The notes under the pieces: model-generated | The model's database searches: none | Told to the model about the DNA's origin: nothing | What the model saw: only the letters and a program-made list of their open reading frames with translations | Part shown: positions 8,590 to 18,003 of the stretch, one piece after another | Layout: every line of letters starts with the position of its first letter | Position numbering within the stretch: the stretch's first letter is position 1 | Source: Nitrospinota bacterium | Lineage (GTDB): Bacteria; Nitrospinota; Nitrospinia; Nitrospinales; VA-1 | Reading direction: 5' to 3' | Assembly (NCBI GenBank): GCA_014382285.1 | Contig: JACNKA010000124.1 | Coordinates: 1,647-65,646 of the forward strand | Length of the DNA: 64,000 nucleotides | Made by a program: the position numbers and the translations under genes

Positions 8590-11500
8590 ATGAAGGTAGG
8601 AAGCAAAAAAAATAAAGAGCCCTCTCCTGAAAACCAGCCTGAGGAAACTCCCCCGACCCTGAAAAAAAAGAAATCGGTTGGGAGAATCCTGTTTCGCGGG
8701 CTGATGTATTCGGTATTTTTCATCTTTCTGCTCATCGCATCCGCCGGTCTCGTGCTGGAATATTATTTTCCCGCCGAAGAAGCGCGAAAAATAGCCGAAG
8801 GACAGCTCACTAAAAAACTCCAACTGCCCCTCAGAATCCAAAAACTTGGCTTCAGCCTGCTCAGCGGTATGCAGTTGGACGGCATAGCATTAGGCCCCCC
8901 ATCCAGCCCGGTCGCCCAAATAAAAAAAGTCGTTCTCGATTATGACCTGACCCAACTCCTGCAAGGGAAACTGGTCATCAACCAGATTCTGATCGATCAA
9001 CCTCAACTGACTGCGGTTGCAAAAAATGGAGTGTGGAATTTTCAACCCCTGTTGGAACTTGGAAAATCCCCCGACAAGGGCAAAGCTTTGCCAGCTTTCC
9101 CTCTGCCAGGAATTGACATCAAAGAAGTGGCTATTCGCCAGGCTTCTGCCCGCCTGGATCAGGATGGAAAACTCACCGGCCATATTGAGGGGCTCAGTCT
9201 GGAGGCCCGAGGTAAGGCAGCCAGCCTCGAAGCCTTTGAACTGAAACTAAAAGTTCTTATAAGCGCGGGCATCGCTCCCAATATCAGCTTGCAATCTACC
9301 GAATATGGAAGTTTTCAGTCCAACCTGTTCTCTGACTTGGAATTTTCAGCCAGTGACCTCCACCGACTGTCCGTCTCCGGTGCATTTGGTTTGCAGAAAA
9401 CTGAGATGCCGATGGGTAGCCCTTTGCCCGATGTCGCAATAGAAATGGATGCCGAAGTTTCTCTGCAACCAGAAGCTCTGAACCTGAAAAAGCTGTGGCT
9501 GTCTCTGGGAGAAAAAAATCGCATACAGATGTCAGGCAGTACCGCCAGTTTCTCTCAAGACCCGTCCTTCAAGCTGGTGATCGACAAGGCCTCATTCCAA
9601 CTTAAAGATCTCCTCGATTTGGGCAAGCAATGGCTCCCTCCTCTATCAGGTCAAGGACTGCTAAAAGCGGAGGCCGTAAAAGTCAACGGTCAGCTTTCCG
9701 GCCTTGCACTGACACACCTGAATATAAATGGGGGAACCCTTGCGACAGAAAACCTGTGGGTGAATCATCCCGAGCAAAATATCCAACTCAAAGACATGAA
9801 TACCCGCATTGAGTTGAAAGAAGTAACCCTTGAAAACTCGCAGCTACAAAATGCTTCTCTCAACATAAACATGCAATTGAAAAAGGCGGTGGCGCAAAAG
9901 GCAGAAATCAATAACTGGAGCCAGTCTTTGAGCCTCACCGCTAAAGGAAAGGATGATGTGCTTTGGGAGTTTGGCACCGACATAAAGTCTTTGCACTACG
10001 ACCACCCTGAAACCCAGGAGATTTATCTTCCGATTCATATGGAGGGTTCCGGGCATCTTAAAAAAAACGACCTCAACAATCTTAAACTTTCCTATCGACT
10101 GGGAACCCTCGCCAGCGGCGCGGTAACGGGAACTGCAAAAAATTTCGGCAAAGGCTCTGTTCAAATAGAGCAAAACCTCAGCATGAATCTTGCTGAAGTG
10201 GTAAGCCGTCTCCCTAAAAAATTCACCATGACTCTGGCCGGAAATTTCAACGGAACCGCCAAGGCTCAAACTTCCGTAACCGGCAGATTGGACAAAAATT
10301 TCTTACCTGTCGAGTTAAAAGGTCAGGCAAAGCTTGAGCTGGCAGGGCTGACCGCTCATCTGAAACAGCCCTCCATAAAGATCAATGACCTGAACACCCG
10401 GGCTACTTTTCCTCTGGAGTTTCACGCTGACAAGGGAATACGAATTTCCCACTTGGAATTCCACACGGAACTCCAGAATGCCGAAGCCCTGGAAACCTGG
10501 AAGATCAACACGCTCAAACTCGACACAAAGCTGGCGACAAAAAGGTTTCATAATTTAACACCCGGATTCGGTACCCTGCCAATTGAAATGGACACCCGCA
10601 TTGCACTGGCAAACCTGAACAGCCCCACCCTATCCCTGACCGACCTTAAAAGCGAAACCAAACTGAAAACAGATCTACTGCCCGATGATGTGAGAAACAC
10701 TCGAATCGAAGGAGACCTTTCTTTCGAAAACCTGTCGGCCCTGAAAACATTAAAAACCGGCGGCTGGTTTTCCCAATTCAACATGGATGTGCATGACAAA
10801 TCTCTGACCCGGGTTCGTCTTTCACAAAAAACCAGAATCGACAAACCTTCCTTTCATCAAGACGACATTGTAGTGGGTTTAAAATCGGTCAGCCTTGAAA
10901 CCTTGAGTCGGCAAAACCTGAAGAAGGGGGATGTGAACCTCGACACTCTTCTTTTAAAAATTCCAGACATGGTCAACGCCCGGCTGAAAGCAACCCTTAA
11001 AGAATGGGGAAAGAATTTCGAGATCGATGGTGAAATGGAAAAATTGCAATTGGCTTCACTCTGGAATCTACTGCCGGACATTTTCAAGTCAGAACAGGAA
11101 AACGCAGGTGGAACTCTGGACGTCAGTTTGAAGGCCAAAGGAAGCCTGCCCACCAACGAAGACACCCGTCCTCTACTGACCCGGCTACTCGCCCCTGCCA
11201 ACACAGAGGCCTCGATGGAAGTTCTCCTGAGCAATGGGTTCATGAATGGGTTCATGGGTGACAATAAGGTTCACGCTGAATCTTTGAGCCTCAAAACCCG
11301 ACTGTTATTTAAAGATGGTGGCGGGGATATTTCCGGAAATTTTTCCGGAAACCTGGAAGGGTTGGCAGGCATCCCCCTGAGCCCCGAATTTGAATTCCGC
11401 TACGCTTTGAGCAACCTGAACAGCCTGGAGATCAAACAACACCAACTGAAATTAATCAACAGTGGAGCACAACATTCTCTTGCAGGCCATATCAATGGAT

Positions 11501-12582
11501 TAAGACCTTTCATCGAAGGCCGACGCCCGATTCAAGCCAAAGAGCTCTTGAGCAAACTGGACATCAAACTCGCATCTACAAACACCCTCGACATCACCCA
11601 AGCCGCAAACTCAGAAGAATTGTTCGGCCGCTTGAAAGCTCAAGGGACGATCACGTCAAAAACAATATTCCAACAATCTGCAGGAAAAAAATTGCACCTG
11701 AATGGGAGTGTTGGATTTGACAAATTCAGCCTGCATCTGCCTTCCGGGATAGCACTGAACAACCTGAGCGGAACCTTCCCCTACACCAAAACCCTGAATC
11801 TCGACCCGGAACGGCTGAAAGATAAAACCGTTGGATTCTCCCCTGCGCAAAAAAAGTTCTTCACCCCGCTACGAAATTTCTCCCGCTATAAAAATATCAT
11901 CCGGGCCGACTCTCTGGAGGTTCACGGACAAAGCCTGAACGATATAGGACTAGACGTGGTGTTCAAAGACAATCGTTTAATGACCGAAAAATTTATTTTT
12001 GATGTGCTCGGGGGGACGGTGGCAGGCAACCTGTTTCTGATCCAGAACCGGCAGGGCCCGGTTATAAAGTTTTCAACAGAATTCGCCGGTATCGACTCTT
12101 CCAATCTTCTTGTCATAGCGACCGGGAAAAACGTTGACTCCAAAATAGACGGCAACCTGCAAGTGGAACTAAAAATACAAACCGGGGCTGAGGGCCAGCC
12201 CGTTTCTCTAGATCAGTTGAGTGTTAAAGTTGCCATCACCCGGATTGGGACAAAAACCCTGGACCAATTACTGTTATTTCTCGACCCGGAAGAGAGCAAA
12301 CCCGCCATCATGGATACCCGCGCCAAACTCAAGTTGGCAACTCCACACCGGGTAAAAATCCTCCTGGAAAACGGCAACTTGAATGTCGAAGCATGGCTTA
12401 AAAGTGATCTGCTCGGAATCATCAAGGCCCCTGAATTAAAACGGGTTCCGATAGCAGGGTTAAAACGGTTCAACACCATCCATGAAAAATTACAAGCCCT
12501 CAAAGGCCTGGAACAATTATCAAGTTACCTCTCAGCACGGGGACTGCAATTTGAAAAGGGAAAAATGATTTTGCATTATTAA
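8590..12582 (+). CDS. Giant AsmA/TamB-like envelope protein
   Basis: 1330 aa with a single N-terminal TM helix (VFFIFLLIASAGLVL). The rest is long, beta-rich and low in Cys, with repetitive L-x-L patterns as in AsmA-like lipid-transfer proteins. Confidence 0.6.
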   Translation: MKVGSKKNKEPSPENQPEETPPTLKKKKSVGRILFRGLMYSVFFIFLLIASAGLVLEYYFPAEEARKIAEGQLTKKLQLPLRIQKLGFSLLSGMQLDGIALGPPSSPVAQIKKVVLDYDLTQLLQGKLVINQILIDQPQLTAVAKNGVWNFQPLLELGKSPDKGKALPAFPLPGIDIKEVAIRQASARLDQDGKLTGHIEGLSLEARGKAASLEAFELKLKVLISAGIAPNISLQSTEYGSFQSNLFSDLEFSASDLHRLSVSGAFGLQKTEMPMGSPLPDVAIEMDAEVSLQPEALNLKKLWLSLGEKNRIQMSGSTASFSQDPSFKLVIDKASFQLKDLLDLGKQWLPPLSGQGLLKAEAVKVNGQLSGLALTHLNINGGTLATENLWVNHPEQNIQLKDMNTRIELKEVTLENSQLQNASLNINMQLKKAVAQKAEINNWSQSLSLTAKGKDDVLWEFGTDIKSLHYDHPETQEIYLPIHMEGSGHLKKNDLNNLKLSYRLGTLASGAVTGTAKNFGKGSVQIEQNLSMNLAEVVSRLPKKFTMTLAGNFNGTAKAQTSVTGRLDKNFLPVELKGQAKLELAGLTAHLKQPSIKINDLNTRATFPLEFHADKGIRISHLEFHTELQNAEALETWKINTLKLDTKLATKRFHNLTPGFGTLPIEMDTRIALANLNSPTLSLTDLKSETKLKTDLLPDDVRNTRIEGDLSFENLSALKTLKTGGWFSQFNMDVHDKSLTRVRLSQKTRIDKPSFHQDDIVVGLKSVSLETLSRQNLKKGDVNLDTLLLKIPDMVNARLKATLKEWGKNFEIDGEMEKLQLASLWNLLPDIFKSEQENAGGTLDVSLKAKGSLPTNEDTRPLLTRLLAPANTEASMEVLLSNGFMNGFMGDNKVHAESLSLKTRLLFKDGGGDISGNFSGNLEGLAGIPLSPEFEFRYALSNLNSLEIKQHQLKLINSGAQHSLAGHINGLRPFIEGRRPIQAKELLSKLDIKLASTNTLDITQAANSEELFGRLKAQGTITSKTIFQQSAGKKLHLNGSVGFDKFSLHLPSGIALNNLSGTFPYTKTLNLDPERLKDKTVGFSPAQKKFFTPLRNFSRYKNIIRADSLEVHGQSLNDIGLDVVFKDNRLMTEKFIFDVLGGTVAGNLFLIQNRQGPVIKFSTEFAGIDSSNLLVIATGKNVDSKIDGNLQVELKIQTGAEGQPVSLDQLSVKVAITRIGTKTLDQLLLFLDPEESKPAIMDTRAKLKLATPHRVKILLENGNLNVEAWLKSDLLGIIKAPELKRVPIAGLKRFNTIHEKLQALKGLEQLSSYLSARGLQFEKGKMILHY

Positions 12583-12597
12583 AAGTAGTTTTCACTT

Positions 12598-13275
12598 TTA
12601 TCTGCTTTTACGCTGACCGCCACGCCGTTGCCCCTGTTTCCCTTGCCCCATTCCCTTCTGACCTCGACCACGTTCTTCGCCTTGCCTCTGACCAAACTCG
12701 GAACGGCCTCGACCCTGACCCTCGCGCTGTTGTCCCATTCCCTGTTGGCCTCGACCTTGACCTCCTCGCTCTTCACCTTGCTTTTGACCAAACTCTCTTC
12801 GTCCCCGTTCACCACGACCTTGCTGATCCTGCCTACGGTCCTGTCGTCTTTCCTGTCTGGCCTCGCCCCGCTCCTGACGGTTTTCCTGACGTCCACCCCG
12901 ATGTTCTTGAAAATCCTGCCTACGGTCTTGCCGTCTTTCCTGTCTGGCCTCTCCTCGTTCCTGACGATTCTCTTGATTTTCATCGCGGCGGTCTTGAAAA
13001 GACTGTTTACGATCCTGTCGTCTTTCCTGCCTGGGGCCTCTTTGTTCCTGAAATTTTTCCTGACGCTCTTCACGCTTTTGCTGAAAGTCTTCCCTCCTTT
13101 CCTGACGGTTTTCCTGAAACTCATCACGCCTCTCCTGCCTGGCACCTCGGCGATCTTGACGGTTTTCTTGTAACCCTTCCCCTTCATTAGAAGACTGGCC
13201 CCACCCTTTAATTGGATTAAATCCAACAATCAAAAAAAATCCAAGTCCTGCCACAATCAGTTTAGAAGCTTTCAT
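12598..13275 (-). CDS. Secreted low-complexity R/Q/E/G-repeat protein
   Basis: Strong SD (GGAGGAG, 2 nt before ATG at 13275) and a signal-peptide-like N-terminus (MKASKLIVAGLGFFLIVG). ENRQERGEARQERRQDRRQD occurs twice with a 29-aa period. This is the only one of three open frames with a start context and signal peptide. Confidence 0.6.
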   Translation of the reverse strand: MKASKLIVAGLGFFLIVGFNPIKGWGQSSNEGEGLQENRQDRRGARQERRDEFQENRQERREDFQQKREERQEKFQEQRGPRQERRQDRKQSFQDRRDENQENRQERGEARQERRQDRRQDFQEHRGGRQENRQERGEARQERRQDRRQDQQGRGERGRREFGQKQGEERGGQGRGQQGMGQQREGQGRGRSEFGQRQGEERGRGQKGMGQGKQGQRRGGQRKSR

Positions 13276-13302
13276 AACTCCTCCGTTTTATAAAAAGAAA
13301 AA

Positions 13303-13340
13303 ACCGGGCAAAAAAAAGACCACCGGCGAGCCGCCGGTGG
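13303..13340 (-). terminator. Rho-independent terminator downstream of the 13503..14393 gene
   Basis: Minus strand reads CCACCGGCGGCTCGCCGGTGG (8-9 bp GC stem, plus-strand 13320-13340) followed by TCTTTTTTTTGCCCGGTTTTTT. Confidence 0.6.
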
Positions 13341-13350
13341 CAACGATGAA

Positions 13351-13500
13351 TAGCTTGTTCAGCCGAGACAACTCTTTTCCGGCAACAAAAGCTATTGCAC
13401 GCTGGCAGCATGTGATATTCCCTTCGCTTGTTTTACCCTTGCAGGGCACAAAATTTAATGAAGAGGGCATCACGCATGCCCCAAAGGGGTACGACGTGTG
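13351..13500. repeat. Long copy A of the dispersed structured repeat; left flank of the two-gene cassette
   Basis: About 85% identical by eye over ~140 bp to 15800-15940, same orientation. Contains an imperfect hairpin TAGCTTGTTCAGCCG..CGGCAACAAAAGCTA and a second hairpin TCCCTTCG-N~60-CAAAGGGG. Confidence 0.75.
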
Positions 13501-13502
13501 GC

Positions 13503-14393
13503 CTATTTTGGGGAGGTTTTGCTGAGTTCTTTCATGATCGACTCGGCCTCTTCCTCCACTTCCTCGCGTTTCCGCCACTCCCAGACTTTCAAATGGGAAC
13601 CCATGTAATAGGAATGGTCTAATAGGGATTCTCCGTCCATGACACCCCATCTTCCATCTTCAACCTCAGTCAGTGCTTCATAGATAGGATTTTCCACGGA
13701 AGTATAAAAAAGCTCCATATCTTCGGCGCTGATGGGTTTCCCCAGCAAAACCTTGATGGTGGTGTCATCCATTTCATAATCGTCTTTAACAGACTTCAAC
13801 GCCTCTTCCCGAGAACTGCCCGCCTGCATACTTTTTTCAATCTTATCTTCAATAGCTTTATTTCGTTTGGCGAAGGGGTAATGCGTGTAGCCAAGGTTAT
13901 GACCAATATGAAAATCCAGATCGGGAAAATATAAATACACCCAGTCATCAAAATCGATCTGAATCCCCTCGGAAGCAGCATATTCTTTTGCCTGATCAGG
14001 AGCATCCAAAATTAGCTGATTATAAATCTTCAAAAATCGTTTCATGCTGTCATAAACCAACGCATGATAATAAGCATTCATCCTGTACCAGTTATTGCTA
14101 GTATTGTGACCATTTGACAACTTCCTGAGCAGGAGCATGATCTTTTCCGCATTGCCAAACTGATGAGAGATGGGAAAAGCATTGCGAAGATATTCGTTCA
14201 ACTGCTTCTCATTTCCATCGGCTTTCTGAATATTGAGTTGCAGGTGATTCTTGGCGTAATCCAGCGCATGGTGAACCAATCGCTCGTGGTTCAATTTTCG
14301 CTGGTATTCCATATACTGTTTCAACTCATCGTTTTCAGACTCTTTGGAGTTTTTAGGCTGGCTCTGGGTGATATCTTTGGCAAAAGCTAACAT
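13503..14393 (-). CDS. Hypothetical protein (296 aa)
   Basis: Long ORF with ordinary composition, divergent from the radical SAM gene. No motif recognised. Confidence 0.6.
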   Translation of the reverse strand: MLAFAKDITQSQPKNSKESENDELKQYMEYQRKLNHERLVHHALDYAKNHLQLNIQKADGNEKQLNEYLRNAFPISHQFGNAEKIMLLLRKLSNGHNTSNNWYRMNAYYHALVYDSMKRFLKIYNQLILDAPDQAKEYAASEGIQIDFDDWVYLYFPDLDFHIGHNLGYTHYPFAKRNKAIEDKIEKSMQAGSSREEALKSVKDDYEMDDTTIKVLLGKPISAEDMELFYTSVENPIYEALTEVEDGRWGVMDGESLLDHSYYMGSHLKVWEWRKREEVEEEAESIMKELSKTSPK

Positions 14394-14691
14394 TTTTGTC
14401 TCTTCAATTAGTTTGGGAAAGTCTTATTCTGACTCTTTAATAGATTGATTTCAAGATAATTTAAGCCCGTTTCTTTTTAACGATCCGTAAAGGGATCGGA
14501 TCAGACCTTATTTATTCCTATAATTCAAAGAAAATTTCTGACATAATTTGGACATCCTTTACGTTTAGAGAAACCTGTTTTTTTATACGACACCATTAAA
14601 CGTCCAGGCCAGACCCATTGCTTGATGCCATCGGTAATAGCCAGGTTTAAATCGGTTTAAACTTGCGGGGTTGTGTTGCTCCTGCCGACAA

Positions 14692-15772
14692 ATGATGGAG
14701 ATGCCCCCTGAACATTATTCTAAATAGCTATTGTAATTTAAAATGCAATTACTGCTTTGCCGATGAGTATATGGAGGAAAACGTCAAAACTCCTGACAAG
14801 TCTATGGATTATGGCTTTTTTCTCAACGAACTTCTGCCTCGGGTAAAAAATGCCTCCCTCATCAATTTCATGGGGGGCGAACCCACCCTGCACCCGCACT
14901 TTAACGATATCCTGTCCAAAACTCTGGAAGGCATGCAACCCTTTTCCTTTTTAGGCATTTTCACAAATGGTTTGATGCCGGACAAAGTTCTCGATCTTCT
15001 TTTGCATACTGTAGGCCGGGGAGGAAGTATCGAGCGCCAGATTCAATTCTCCATTCTGCTTAACTGGCAGACTATGGAGAATATCTCTGAAAAAAATCAT
15101 GCCCGTTGCCGGGAAGTCGCAGAAGCCGTTCTCAGTAAAAACGGATTCGGACTCATGTTCAGCCTCAACCTGTATTCCGTCGATCAGGATTTATCAACAC
15201 AGTGCTGGGAAATTGATGAAATCTATCAAAGTTTGGGGTTACCACCGGGACAAAAATATAAAATTCGTGTCAGCCCGGCTTTCCCCATAGTCGGGGAACA
15301 GAGCAACCACGCATTACCCATAAAAGATTATCCGAAAATGGGCAGAATGCTGCTGGATATGGTTAAAGAATTCCCGCAATTGTGTTTCCGTTTTGACTGC
15401 TCTTTCCCGCCCTGTCTTTTAGACGAAATTGAAGAGGACGAATACCCTCTGGTTGAACGGTTTTTCTACCATGGCAGCCAGTCCGTCCCCAATATTACAG
15501 AATGGAAAGACCGGGATTTTTATTTTGGATGTGCCGATGACAGCCCAATGGATATCGACCCCAAAGGAGATTGCTTTAACTGCTTTCCCTTTCACAACAA
15601 GAAACTTGGCAATGTTCAGGATTTTCAACAGATCAACGAACTTTCAATCACCAAAATGCATACCCGATTTCTCGGCCATGTGTTTGAAGCACAACCAAAC
15701 GAGCCCTGCAAAAGTTGCCCTCATTATATGGTACGTTGTTCCAGTGGATGTTTTGCCTATAACTTCGCCTGA
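14692..15772 (+). CDS. Radical SAM / SPASM-domain protein, apparently frameshifted at a C5 run (14704-14708)
   Basis: Track ORF starts at 14771, but in-frame upstream codons read WRCPLNIILNSYCNLKCNYCFADEY, which includes the CxxxCxxC radical SAM motif, with a stop at 14693-14695 and no start codon. ATGATGGAGATG at 14692-14703 is in the adjacent frame. The C-terminus has SPASM patterns C-x11-G-x4-C (CADDSPMDIDPKGDCFNC) and CKSCPHYMVRCSSGC. Confidence 0.75.
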
Positions 15773-15790
15773 CCCACTACAACAAGCAAT

Positions 15791-15940
15791 GGTTCATTAA
15801 GCCGAGATAACTCTTTGCTCGCCAACAAAACTCATTGTACGCTGGCAACATGTGATATCCCCTTCGATTGTTTTACCCTTGCAGGGCACAAAATTTAATG
15901 AAGAGGGCAATACGCATGCCCCGAAGGGGCACACCGAGTG
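15791..15940. repeat. Long copy B of the dispersed structured repeat; right flank of the two-gene cassette
   Basis: Aligns with 13361-13500. Has a perfect 8-bp stem CCCCTTCG...CGAAGGGG and begins 19 nt after the radical SAM gene stop. Confidence 0.75.
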
Positions 15941-16024
15941 ATGCCTTGTGATTGACAAGACCTGAGCAGTCTGATAGCGTAACCCGATTAACAATATCTC
16001 TAATTTATTTGTGATCTAAAAAAT

Positions 16025-17062
16025 ATGCCCTGGGACGATTTACACGAGCCGAAAGGCCCCGAAGACCGGTTTAAAGGTGGTGGTGGAGGTTCACAAAAAC
16101 CACCTTTTGAAATTCCACAAATCAAAATTCCGCAATTCAAACCATCTATGGTGCTGGGGATCATCCTGCTCCTGTTGGTCGTATGGATTGTGCCTGGAAC
16201 CTTTTATTTTGTTGAACCCGATGAAGAAGGCGTGGTCACCCGATTTGGGAAATTCCACCGCACCACTTCACCCGGTTTGCACTTCAAGTTTCCCTCTCCT
16301 GTTGAACATGCCGCAACACCTAAAATTCGACAGGTGCGGAGGGCAGAAATCGGATTCAGAGCTTCAGAAGGACGGCCTTTGCAAAGGGTTCCCGCCGAAT
16401 CTCTGATGCTGACCGGCGACCAGAATATTATTGATATCAATCTCGTTGTTCAGTACCGGATCATGGATTCAGTGAAATACCTGTTCAATATACGACGACC
16501 TCATAAACTGATTCGCGATGCCGCAGAAACAGTCATACGCGGAATCATTGGCAGCAAAAAAATTGATGAAGCGTTGACCACCGGCAAAGCCGAGATTCAG
16601 GTTCTCGCCAAGGATCAGATTCAAGTGCTCCTTGACAATTACGGTTCCGGCCTGCAAGTCGTGACCATTCAGCTTCAGGATGTACACCCACCTGAGCAAG
16701 TTGAAGCCGCATTTAAGGATGTTGTCAGTGCCCGTGAAGATAAAGAACGGATGATCAACGAAGCTCAGGGTTACCGCAACGCAGTCATCCCGGAAGCGCG
16801 TGGACAAGCCGCAAAAATTGTTCGGGAAGCAGAAGGTTATAGAGAGCGCGTCATCAAAACAGCCGAGGGTGATGCCAAACGTTTCACACAACAATACGTG
16901 GAGTATAAAAAAGCTCCAGATATCACCCGTAAAAGGCTTTACCTTGAAACCATGGAAGAAATTCTACCTACCGTCAAAAAATTCATCATGGAAAATAAAA
17001 AGGGCAGTAGCGTTCTACCTATCCTCCCTCTGGGTGGTAACCTGATGGGAGGCAATAAATAG
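16025..17062 (+). CDS. hflK: FtsH protease modulator HflK (SPFH/band 7)
   Basis: N-terminal TM helix and an SPFH domain (VVTRFGKFHRTTSPGLHFKFP...). Followed 3 nt later by hflC. Confidence 0.9.
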   Translation: MPWDDLHEPKGPEDRFKGGGGGSQKPPFEIPQIKIPQFKPSMVLGIILLLLVVWIVPGTFYFVEPDEEGVVTRFGKFHRTTSPGLHFKFPSPVEHAATPKIRQVRRAEIGFRASEGRPLQRVPAESLMLTGDQNIIDINLVVQYRIMDSVKYLFNIRRPHKLIRDAAETVIRGIIGSKKIDEALTTGKAEIQVLAKDQIQVLLDNYGSGLQVVTIQLQDVHPPEQVEAAFKDVVSAREDKERMINEAQGYRNAVIPEARGQAAKIVREAEGYRERVIKTAEGDAKRFTQQYVEYKKAPDITRKRLYLETMEEILPTVKKFIMENKKGSSVLPILPLGGNLMGGNK

Positions 17063-17064
17063 TT

Positions 17065-17916
17065 ATGAAACAAAATTCTCTAATCATAGGCGGCGTTCTC
17101 GCCATCGTTATTTTATCGTCCTCCATGTTCACGGTTCATATGACCCAGAACGCGGTGGTCCTCGAACTGCAAAAACCCAAAGAGATCATTACCGAGCCCG
17201 GACTTTATTTCAAGATTCCCTTTTTCCAACAAGTCCGCTTTTTTTCCAGACAATTGCTGGATAACGATTCCAATCCGGCCGAGGTTATCACCCGGGACAA
17301 GAAAAACATGCTGATCGATAACTTCACCATGTTCCGCATTGTTGACCCGTTAAAATTCCTGGAAACCGTTCGCGGGGAACAAGGCGCACGGGCTCGTTTG
17401 GATGACATCATCTACTCCGAGCTGCGGGTTGAAATCGGTACCCATGACTTACACGATATTATCACGGAAACTCGCAACACGATCATGGACAAGGTCACTA
17501 AAGAAACCAACATCAAGGCGGGGGAATATGGCATTGAGGTTGTCGAGGTACGCATCAAGCGAACCGACCTGCCACCTGAAATCGCCAATTCGATTTTTAA
17601 CCGGATGCGTACAGAACGTGAGCGGATCGCTATGGAATACAGGTCTGAAGGAAAAGAAGAAGCCACCAAGATTCGCGCTGAGACAGATAAGGAAAGAACT
17701 ATTCTGGTCGCCGAAGCCTACAAACAGGAACAGTCGGTTCGGGGTGAAGGTGACGCGATCGCAACCAAAGTTTACGCGGATGCCTACAATAAAGACCCGG
17801 AATTTTATTCTTTCATGCGTTCCATGGAAGCTTACAAGAACTCTTTAAAAACCGATACCACTCTCCTTATGTCTGAGGACTCCGATTTCCTGGGATTCCT
17901 GAATAAATCCAAATAA
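17065..17916 (+). CDS. hflC: FtsH protease modulator HflC
   Basis: SPFH domain protein with an N-terminal TM helix, immediately downstream of hflK. Confidence 0.9.
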   Translation: MKQNSLIIGGVLAIVILSSSMFTVHMTQNAVVLELQKPKEIITEPGLYFKIPFFQQVRFFSRQLLDNDSNPAEVITRDKKNMLIDNFTMFRIVDPLKFLETVRGEQGARARLDDIIYSELRVEIGTHDLHDIITETRNTIMDKVTKETNIKAGEYGIEVVEVRIKRTDLPPEIANSIFNRMRTERERIAMEYRSEGKEEATKIRAETDKERTILVAEAYKQEQSVRGEGDAIATKVYADAYNKDPEFYSFMRSMEAYKNSLKTDTTLLMSEDSDFLGFLNKSK

Positions 17917-18003
17917 AACTATTTCCATGACTGGAGTGGTAAAAGCCGTGGAATATCCTTATTATATAGACTGAGAACCGTTCTCTTTACTTAATTGGGT
18001 GGC

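Noticed and set aside
8353-8841. 162-aa minus-strand ORF spanning the M28 peptidase / AsmA-like gene junction
   Set aside because: It overlaps two supported plus-strand genes.
12579-13229. Alternative open frames through the R/Q/E repeat gene (12579..13229 minus, 12628..13173 plus)
   Set aside because: The low-complexity DNA keeps several frames open. Only the 12598..13275 frame has a strong SD and a signal peptide. The plus-strand product is an implausible L/T/S/F polymer.
12598-13275. Periodic DNA here as a possible CRISPR array
   Set aside because: The period is 87 nt, in frame and coding. There are no unique spacers or short palindromic repeats, and no cas genes are in the window.
13288-13650. 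ORFs 13288..13650 and 15797..15994 encoding similar peptides (PFGACV.PSSLNFVPCKGKT.EG.ITCCQR)
   Set aside because: The similarity exists because both translate the same repeat element. They have no start context, they overlap a terminator and a real gene end, and other copies of the repeat carry block indels that break the frame.
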